Shown here in pieces: positions 57,762 to 64,000 of a stretch of DNA of 64,000 bases (position 1 is the first letter of the stretch; the number at the start of each line of letters is the position of its first letter). Source of the DNA: Gammaproteobacteria bacterium (GTDB lineage: Bacteria > Pseudomonadota > Gammaproteobacteria > Steroidobacterales > Rariloculaceae). Both the position numbers and the translations under genes were made by a program. The notes below the pieces were generated by a model, which saw nothing but the letters and a program-made list of their open reading frames with translations, made no database searches and was not told the DNA's origin. The stretch spans positions 1,201,122 through 1,265,121 of the forward strand of contig CAXXDW010000006.1 of assembly GCA_963665575.2 (NCBI GenBank), written 5' to 3'.

Positions 57762-58845
57762 CTTCGGAAGGCTGTTTACGGTCACGACCTTCGGCGAGAG
57801 CCACGGTCCGGCGATGGGCTGTGTCGTCGACGGCTGTCCGCCCGGGCTCGCGCTCGTCGAGAGCGACATCCAGCACGATCTCGACCGCCGCCGTCCCGGG
57901 CGCTCGCGCCACGTCACCCAGCGCAAGGAGCCCGACCAGGTCACGATCCTCTCCGGAGTTTTCGAGGGGCTGACCACGGGTACGGCGATCGGTCTCATCG
58001 TGCAAAACGTCGATCAGCGCACGCGCGACTACAGCAAGATCAAGGACAAGTTCAGGCCGGGCCACGCCGATTTCAGCTATCAGAAGAAGTACGGCATTCG
58101 CGACTACCGCGGCGGCGGGCGGGCATCGGCGCGCGAAACCGTCATGCGCGTCGCCGCCGGCGCCATCGCGCGCAAGTATCTCGCCGAGCGCGCCGGCATC
58201 AGGATCAGCGGCTATCTCGCCGAACTCGGGCCGTTTGAGTTGAAGCCTCTCGATCTGGACGCGGTCAACGAGAACCCGTTTTTCTGCGCCGACCCGTCCA
58301 AACTCCATGCGCTTGACGGGTTCATGGACAGGCTCAGGCGCGCGGGCGATTCCATCGGCGCGCGGATCAACGTGATCGCTTCGAATGTACCGGTCGGACT
58401 CGGCGAGCCCGTATTCGACAAGCTCGAGGCTGACCTCGCCCACGCACTGATGAGCATCAACGCCGTCAAGGGCGTCGAGTTCGGCGACGGGTTCCGCTGC
58501 GTACAGCAACGCGGCAGCGAGCACCGCGACGAAATCACGCCGGACGGTTTCGCGAAGAACTCTTCGGGCGGCACGCTCGGGGGCATCTCGAGCGGTCAGG
58601 ACATCCTCGCGAGCATCGCGCTCAAACCGACCTCGAGCATCCAGGTGCCGGGACGCACCATCGATACCGAAGGCAAGGCGGCCGAGATCGTGACGACGGG
58701 CCGGCACGATCCCTGTGTGGGCCTGCGCGCGACGCCGATCGCCGAGGCCATGGTCGCGCTGACCCTCATGGATCATTACCTGCGCAACCGGGCGCAGAAT
58801 GCCGACGTGCGCGAGACCGAACCGGCATTGACCGGATCCGCATAG
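57748..58845 (+). CDS. aroC: chorismate synthase
   Basis: [64 protein letters not shown]. Confidence 0.9.
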   Translation: MAGDTFGRLFTVTTFGESHGPAMGCVVDGCPPGLALVESDIQHDLDRRRPGRSRHVTQRKEPDQVTILSGVFEGLTTGTAIGLIVQNVDQRTRDYSKIKDKFRPGHADFSYQKKYGIRDYRGGGRASARETVMRVAAGAIARKYLAERAGIRISGYLAELGPFELKPLDLDAVNENPFFCADPSKLHALDGFMDRLRRAGDSIGARINVIASNVPVGLGEPVFDKLEADLAHALMSINAVKGVEFGDGFRCVQQRGSEHRDEITPDGFAKNSSGGTLGGISSGQDILASIALKPTSSIQVPGRTIDTEGKAAEIVTTGRHDPCVGLRATPIAEAMVALTLMDHYLRNRAQNADVRETEPALTGSA

Positions 58846-58928
58846 AATGTCGGCCGGTCGTTCGGGAAGGACACCCCCGAGCGCCGCGACGAACCGGGTT
58901 ACCACGATGAACCACTTGAGTTGCCATC

Positions 58929-59993
58929 ATGACCAGGACCTTTGACGTTGCCGTCGTCGGTGCCACGGGCCTCGTCGGCGAAACCATGATCCGAACGCTC
59001 GAGGAACGCAGTTTCCCGGTCGGGAGGCTGTATCCACTGGCGAGCCCGCGTTCTGCCGGGCGCACGGTCACGTTTCGCGACGAAGCCATTTCGGTCGGCG
59101 TCCTCGACGAGTTCGATTTCGGCCAGGTGGAAATCGCGCTCTTTTCCGCCGGCGGATCCGTATCGGCACAATTCGCTCCGCGCGCGGCAAGCGCCGGCGC
59201 CGTGGCGATCGACAACACGTCGTACTTTCGTATGCACGACGACGTTCCGCTCGTCGTCCCCGAGGTGAATCCGGACCGCGTCGCCGATTACGCGAAGCGA
59301 GGAATCATCGCGAATCCGAACTGCTCCACGATTCAGCTCGTAGTGGCGCTGAAGCCGATCCACGACGCGGTGGGCATCGAGCGCATCAACGTTGCGACGT
59401 ACCAGGCCGTTTCAGGTGCGGGACGCGCCGCGCTCGAAGCGATGAACGAGGATGCCAGCCGCATGGTGGCGGGCGGACAGGCGCAGCCGCGCGGCAACGA
59501 AAAGCACGTCGCGTTCAACGCCGTCCCGCATATCGCGGATTTCCACGACAACGGTTTCACGACGGAAGAAATGAAGATGGTCTGGGAGACCCGCAAGATC
59601 CTCGAAGACCCCGATATTCGCGTCAATCCCACGGCGGTGCGAGTACCCGTCCTCTTTGGCCATTCCGAGGCGGTTCACATCGAGACCCGCGAGAGAATCG
59701 CGCCGTCCGAAGCCAGGGAGTTGCTGCGAAAGGCACCCGGAATCTCCGTCATCGACAGCCTTGAATTCGGCGGCTATCCGACGGCTGCGACCGATGCCGC
59801 GCACCGTGACCCGGTCTATGTGGGGCGCATACGCGAGGATCTGTCGCATCCGCGCGGGCTCAATCTATGGGTCGTTGCCGACAACATACGCAAGGGCGCG
59901 GCTCTCAACAGCGTGCAGATTGCCGAGATCCTGACGAGCCGCTTTCTCGCGGAGGCCGTTTCGCAGGGCATCGCGGCGGCAAGCTCGCTCTGA
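58929..59993 (+). CDS. asd: aspartate-semialdehyde dehydrogenase (Asd/USG-1 family)
   Basis: VAVVGATGLVG, IIANPNCSTIQ (active-site Cys), TYQAVSGAG, GHSEAV (His). The position upstream of fimV-truA resembles the asd/usg loci I recall in Pseudomonas and E. coli. Confidence 0.8.
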   Translation: MTRTFDVAVVGATGLVGETMIRTLEERSFPVGRLYPLASPRSAGRTVTFRDEAISVGVLDEFDFGQVEIALFSAGGSVSAQFAPRAASAGAVAIDNTSYFRMHDDVPLVVPEVNPDRVADYAKRGIIANPNCSTIQLVVALKPIHDAVGIERINVATYQAVSGAGRAALEAMNEDASRMVAGGQAQPRGNEKHVAFNAVPHIADFHDNGFTTEEMKMVWETRKILEDPDIRVNPTAVRVPVLFGHSEAVHIETRERIAPSEARELLRKAPGISVIDSLEFGGYPTAATDAAHRDPVYVGRIREDLSHPRGLNLWVVADNIRKGAALNSVQIAEILTSRFLAEAVSQGIAAASSL

Positions 59994-60074
59994 TCTGCCG
60001 CCGGGGCCGAAGGGTCCCGGCGACGGCGGCGCGACGTTTGCCGCGATCGATCCAGGAAAGGGCGGTTACGGGTT

Positions 60075-60110
60075 TTCGTGGCCGCCACTTCCTGTCGTGC
60101 AGGCTCCTGC
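60075..60110. repeat. REP/MITE-like element, diverged partial copy
   Basis: ttcgtggccgccacttcctgtcgtgcaggctcctgc shares the ttcctg-N-cgtgcaggctcct arm with the other copies. Confidence 0.45.
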
Positions 60111-60182
60111 GGTATGGTTGGCAACGGATTCGGGGCTGCGAGACGCGATTCTTCGGATGAGACGCGCAGCGACGGAGGTTCC

Positions 60183-61664
60183 ATGAGAGTATCGGCACGT
60201 TGGTTCGCTCTGCCGCTGCTGGCCGCGCCATCTGGCGCATGGGCGCTCGGCCTGGGCGATATCCAGATCCAGTCGGCGCTGAACCAGCCGTTCGAGGCGC
60301 AAATCGCGCTTGAGGAGGTGGCGCCGGGCGAACTTGAGGCGCTGACGGTCGCGCTTGCGAGCCAGGAAACCTTTGCGCGCTACGGACTCGATCGCCCCGA
60401 GTTCCTGTCCGCACTTCAGTTCAGTGTCGGCCGCGATGCCGATGGCGCCGACGTCGTGCTGATCCGTTCCACGCAGCCGATCGCCGAGCCGTTCGTCACG
60501 ATGCTCGTCGAGGCGACCTGGCCGAGCGGCCGGATCATGCGCGAGTACACCGTATTGCTCGATCCTCCGCTGCTGGTACCCGAGCCTGCCGCGGTCATCC
60601 CGGTCGAGCCCGCCGAGGCGCGCGCGCCGCAGGCGAACGTGCGCGAAGGCGCGACTTCGCCGCCGCTTGCCCCGCCGCCCGTTCCCGACGTTGCTCCCGA
60701 GCCGCAAGCTGCGCCGGGCATTTCCGGCGAAGCGGCGCCGGTGTCTGCGAGCGATCCCGGCGCAAGCTATGGGCCGGTGCAACGCGGCGACACGCTCTGG
60801 GCGATAGCCTCGCAATATCGGCCGGACGATGTCTCGCTGTTTCAGATGTTGCTCGCGCTCTACGAAGCCAATCCCGAAGCCTTCGCGGGGAACATGAACC
60901 ACCTTTACGCCGGTGCGATCTTGCGAATTCCCGAGCGTGGCGAGATCGGTTCGATCGCAACGGAGAACGCGCGAGCAGAGTTCGTGCGCCAGACCGACGA
61001 GTGGCAGCAACGCACCCGGCAGCAAGCCCGCTTGCGCCTGGTGCCGCCGACACCGGAGTCGCAGCCCGGCGGGGCGGGCGGCGCCACGGGCGATGACGCT
61101 GAAGTCGGCGAATTGCGCGACGAGGTGGCGGTCCTGCGTTCGGAGCTTGCCGAAAGCCGGCGTCTGCTCGACATCAGGGACCAGGAACTGCGCGAGTTGC
61201 AGGAGCAAGTCGGCGCGGAGCCTGGCGCCGCCCCCGAGGCCGATGCCGAACAGCTCTTTACGGAGGAGACCGAGCCTGCAGCATCGCAGTCCGGTGACGA
61301 CACCACGCCGGTTTCCGCGGTGCAGGCGATCCTTGCCAGTGCCGTGACCTGGGTCGTGGGTGGGGCGGCCCTTGTCCTGCTGACGGCGTTTCTCTTCTTC
61401 AGGCGCGGACTCCGGAAGGCGAGCGTCTTCGAGGTCGACCTCGACGATCTTCAGGCTGAGCTCGATACCTCCGACGCGGACGACGAGAGCCCTTCGGATC
61501 CGACGACGCTCGGCGACATCGGGACGCGACTCGATCTCGCGCGCGCGTACATCGACATGGGTAACGCCGACCGCGCAAGAAAAGTGCTCGCAGAAGTGCT
61601 CGAAGACGGCAATACCGACCAGCGCGAGGAAGCGCAGACGCTGCTCGACGCGCTCGACGAGTAG
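60183..61664 (+). CDS. fimV: FimV-like peptidoglycan-binding (LysM) membrane protein
   Basis: ggaggt SD before ATG 60183. Signal peptide. ALGLGDIQIQSALNQPFEAQIAL FimV N-terminal motif. LysM-like YGPVQRGDTLWAIASQY...ILRIP. TM segment. C-terminal TRLDLARAYIDMGNADRARKVLAEVLEDGNTDQREEAQTLL motif. Upstream of truA. Confidence 0.75.
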   Translation: MRVSARWFALPLLAAPSGAWALGLGDIQIQSALNQPFEAQIALEEVAPGELEALTVALASQETFARYGLDRPEFLSALQFSVGRDADGADVVLIRSTQPIAEPFVTMLVEATWPSGRIMREYTVLLDPPLLVPEPAAVIPVEPAEARAPQANVREGATSPPLAPPPVPDVAPEPQAAPGISGEAAPVSASDPGASYGPVQRGDTLWAIASQYRPDDVSLFQMLLALYEANPEAFAGNMNHLYAGAILRIPERGEIGSIATENARAEFVRQTDEWQQRTRQQARLRLVPPTPESQPGGAGGATGDDAEVGELRDEVAVLRSELAESRRLLDIRDQELRELQEQVGAEPGAAPEADAEQLFTEETEPAASQSGDDTTPVSAVQAILASAVTWVVGGAALVLLTAFLFFRRGLRKASVFEVDLDDLQAELDTSDADDESPSDPTTLGDIGTRLDLARAYIDMGNADRARKVLAEVLEDGNTDQREEAQTLLDALDE

Positions 61665-61733
61665 CGCTCACGCTGCGTCGGGTCGTTTCGCGGACGCTGT
61701 GAAGGGGTCCGGAGCGGGACGGAACACGAGCAC

Positions 61734-62519
61734 ATGCCGAGATTCGCAGCCGGTATCGAATACGACGGGACCGATTTCGTCGGTTGGCAGACGCAGCGTT
61801 CCGGGCGCAGCGTGCAATCGACCCTCGCTGCTGCCATCTCGGCGGTTGCGGACGAGCCCGTGGATGTCCATGGCGCCGGGCGAACGGACGCGGGCGTTCA
61901 CGCGTGGCGACAGGCCGCGCATTTCGATACGGCGGCAAACAGGACGACGCGCCAATGGCTGCTCGGGATCAACGCGAATCTGCCCGACGACATGGCCGTG
62001 CGCTGGGTCAGGCCTGTAAGCGCGGACTTCGATGCGCGCCGCTCGGCGCTGTCGCGAACCTACCGCTACCGCGTCGTTTCGAGTCCGACCCGGCCCGTCC
62101 TCGCGCGCCGCGGCGCCTGGTGGGTTCGCGATGCGCTCGATCCGGCCGAAATGACCGCTGCCGCCGTCCAATGGCTCGGTGAACGCGACTTCTCGACCTT
62201 TCGCGCTGCGCGATGCCAGTCGAGCACGCCCATGCGTTGTCTGAGTGCGCTCGAAATCACGCGAGACGGACCCGAGATTCTGCTGGATTTCACCGCCAAC
62301 GCATTCCTGTACCACATGGTGCGCAACCTCGTCGGAACGCTCGTTCACATCGGACGCGGCCAGGCGCCGCAGCAGTGGGCCGGCGAACTGCTCGCGAGCC
62401 GGGACCGCACGCTTGCGCCCGCGACAGCGCCCGCCCGCGGCCTGACGCTCCTGGCCGTGAGCTATCCGGACGCCTGCGGCTTGCCCGTGGACGCCGAACG
62501 CGCGTGTATCATGCGGTAA
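61734..62519 (+). CDS. truA: tRNA pseudouridine(38-40) synthase
   Basis: [28 protein letters not shown] (catalytic Asp), [10 protein letters not shown]. Confidence 0.9.
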   Translation: MPRFAAGIEYDGTDFVGWQTQRSGRSVQSTLAAAISAVADEPVDVHGAGRTDAGVHAWRQAAHFDTAANRTTRQWLLGINANLPDDMAVRWVRPVSADFDARRSALSRTYRYRVVSSPTRPVLARRGAWWVRDALDPAEMTAAAVQWLGERDFSTFRAARCQSSTPMRCLSALEITRDGPEILLDFTANAFLYHMVRNLVGTLVHIGRGQAPQQWAGELLASRDRTLAPATAPARGLTLLAVSYPDACGLPVDAERACIMR

Positions 62520-62539
62520 CGGGAGTTTACGGTCAGACC

Positions 62540-63400
62540 ATGAGCTGGTTCGACAAACTGATGCCGTCGCGTATCCGCACGCAGCGACCGAGCCGCTCGG
62601 TGCCGGAAGGACTTTGGGTCAAATGCATCGCATGTTCTGCGCAGCTCTACCGGGCGGAACTCACGCGCAATCTCTACGTCTGTCCGAAGTGCGAGCATCA
62701 CTTGCGGATCGGTGCGCGCGAACGCCTCGAAATGTTCCTCGATGCCAACTCCGAATTCGAGATTGCGCCGAAGCTCGAACCGCAGGACCCGTTGCGGTTC
62801 AAGGACAGCAGGCGCTATCGGGAGCGGTTATCTACCGCGCAGAAGGAAACCGAGGAAACGGACGCGCTCGTCGTCATGGCCGGGACGCTCAAGGCGATTC
62901 CGCTCGTCGCCGCGGCCTTCGAGTTTCGGTTCATGGGGGGGTCCATGGGCTCGGTCGTCGGGGAGCGTTTTGTTCGGGGCATCCGCTACTGTATCGAGCA
63001 CCACAGGCCGTTCGTATGTTTTTCGGCGAGCGGCGGCGCCCGCATGCAGGAGGCGTTGTTTTCGCTGTTCCAGATGGGCAAGACCAGCGCGGCGCTCGCA
63101 GCGTTGAGCGAGTCCGGCCTGCCGTACGTCTCGGTCATGACCGACCCGACGATGGGCGGTGTCTCGGCGAGCCTCGCCTCGCTCGGCGACATCAACCTGG
63201 CCGAGCCCGGCTCGTTGATCGGTTTCGCCGGACCGCGGGTCATTCAGCAAACCGTCGGCGAGACCTTGCCGGAAGGCTTCCAGCGCGCCGAACTGCTGCT
63301 GGAAAAAGGCGCACTTGACATGATCGTCGACCGTCGCAAGGTCCGTGACGAGATCGCGTCGCTGCTCGCCAAGCTGACCGACCGCCCTGCGGTCTCCTGA
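62540..63400 (+). CDS. accD: acetyl-CoA carboxylase carboxyltransferase subunit beta
   Basis: ATG 62540. MSWFDKL...[30 protein letters not shown] zinc ribbon. [20 protein letters not shown]. Confidence 0.9.
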   Translation: MSWFDKLMPSRIRTQRPSRSVPEGLWVKCIACSAQLYRAELTRNLYVCPKCEHHLRIGARERLEMFLDANSEFEIAPKLEPQDPLRFKDSRRYRERLSTAQKETEETDALVVMAGTLKAIPLVAAAFEFRFMGGSMGSVVGERFVRGIRYCIEHHRPFVCFSASGGARMQEALFSLFQMGKTSAALAALSESGLPYVSVMTDPTMGGVSASLASLGDINLAEPGSLIGFAGPRVIQQTVGETLPEGFQRAELLLEKGALDMIVDRRKVRDEIASLLAKLTDRPAVS

Positions 63401-63417
63401 GACGGGACCAAACCATC

Positions 63418-64000
63418 TTGGCAGAGTCCGCGCGTTTCGACACGCTTGACGAGTGGCTCGCCTGGCTCGAGACGCAGCATCCGAAGAAGATCGACTTCGG
63501 GCTCGATCGCGTTCGCTCGGTGCTCGATTCGCTCGATCTGAACCCGCCGCCGTATCGCGTGATCGCAATCGGCGGAACGAACGGCAAGGGTTCCTGCGTG
63601 GCCCTGCTCGAGAGCATCTATCTCGCGGCCGGATATTCGGTCGGCGCTTTTACTTCGCCGCACCTTTGGCAGTTCAACGAACGCTTGCGCCGCGACGGCA
63701 GGCAAGCCAGCGACGCAGAACTCATGGAGTTGTTCGGGATCATCGACGAAGGGCGAGGCTCGGTATCGTTGTCGTACTTCGAATGGTCGGCCGTCGCCGC
63801 CATACTCTTCTATGCGCGCGAACGGGTCGATGTCGCCTTGCTCGAAGTCGGTATGGGCGGACGGCTCGATGCGGTCAACGCGATCGACGCCGACGCTGCC
63901 CTGATCGTCAGTATCGACCTTGATCACCGCGAATGGCTCGGTGAGGACCGCGACGCGATCGGGCGCGAGAAGGCCGGCATCGTGCGCGCCGATCGGCCCG
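63418..64000 (+). CDS. folC: bifunctional folylpolyglutamate synthase / dihydrofolate synthase (5' part; runs off the right edge)
   Basis: Not in the ORF track (no in-window stop). My translation from TTG 63418 reads LAESARFDTLDEWLAWLETQHPKKIDFGLDRV...IAIGGTNGKGSC (P-loop)...TSPHL...LEVGMGGRLDA. The start codon is uncertain. Confidence 0.8.
   Translation, partial: MAESARFDTLDEWLAWLETQHPKKIDFGLDRVRSVLDSLDLNPPPYRVIAIGGTNGKGSCVALLESIYLAAGYSVGAFTSPHLWQFNERLRRDGRQASDAELMELFGIIDEGRGSVSLSYFEWSAVAAILFYARERVDVALLEVGMGGRLDAVNAIDADAALIVSIDLDHREWLGEDRDAIGREKAGIVRADRP

Overview
Visibly GC-rich chromosomal window (third codon positions are overwhelmingly G/C, so every frame carries long spurious ORFs). 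Gene order looks gammaproteobacterial: glyA-nrdR-ribD-ribE-ribBA-ribH-nusB-thiL-pgpA, parE-parC, epmB/efp/epmA, and prmB-aroC-asd-fimV-truA-accD-folC. I support about 55 protein-coding genes. I found no rRNA, tRNA, CRISPR array, transposase or integrase. Most of the window is housekeeping: hopanoid cyclase, cysteine synthase family, biotin, branched-chain amino acid, proline, riboflavin, katG, topoisomerase IV, EF-P modification, psd and SCO1. Two loci look accessory and are the main hunting results. (1) A co-directional cluster at about 4.4-17.9 kb. It combines two lipoproteins, a Hanks-type Ser/Thr kinase, a TM-TPR-PEGA protein and an FHA-TM-PEGAx4-FGE-fold protein. It also has a small secreted acidic protein, a MotA/ExbB-type channel protein and an actin/Hsp70-fold-FHA protein. 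Two paralogous proteins carry an ExbD/TolR-like Asp-containing TM anchor plus coiled coil plus vWA domain, and a coiled-coil OmpA-like protein completes the set. I read this as a candidate undescribed PMF-powered, phospho-regulated trans-envelope machine. (2) A 1361-codon AAA_35-type P-loop NTPase-TM-P-domain-WD40 protein lies divergent from a small atypical kinase-fold gene. Smaller observations: a +1 frameshift splits an HDAC-family gene and creates a false HDAC-GlyA fusion ORF. A 57-bp tandem triplication of the prmB/aroC junction creates chimeric mini-ORFs. An 8-unit 15-bp repeat array fills a divergent promoter region. A 72-bp-periodic triple repeat copies a gene's 5' end. A REP/MITE-like palindromic element family has four of five copies overlapping the TAG stop codon of the adjacent gene. 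The acetolactate synthase subunit genes are divergently arranged. All domain calls come from reading motifs in the translations; no database search was possible.
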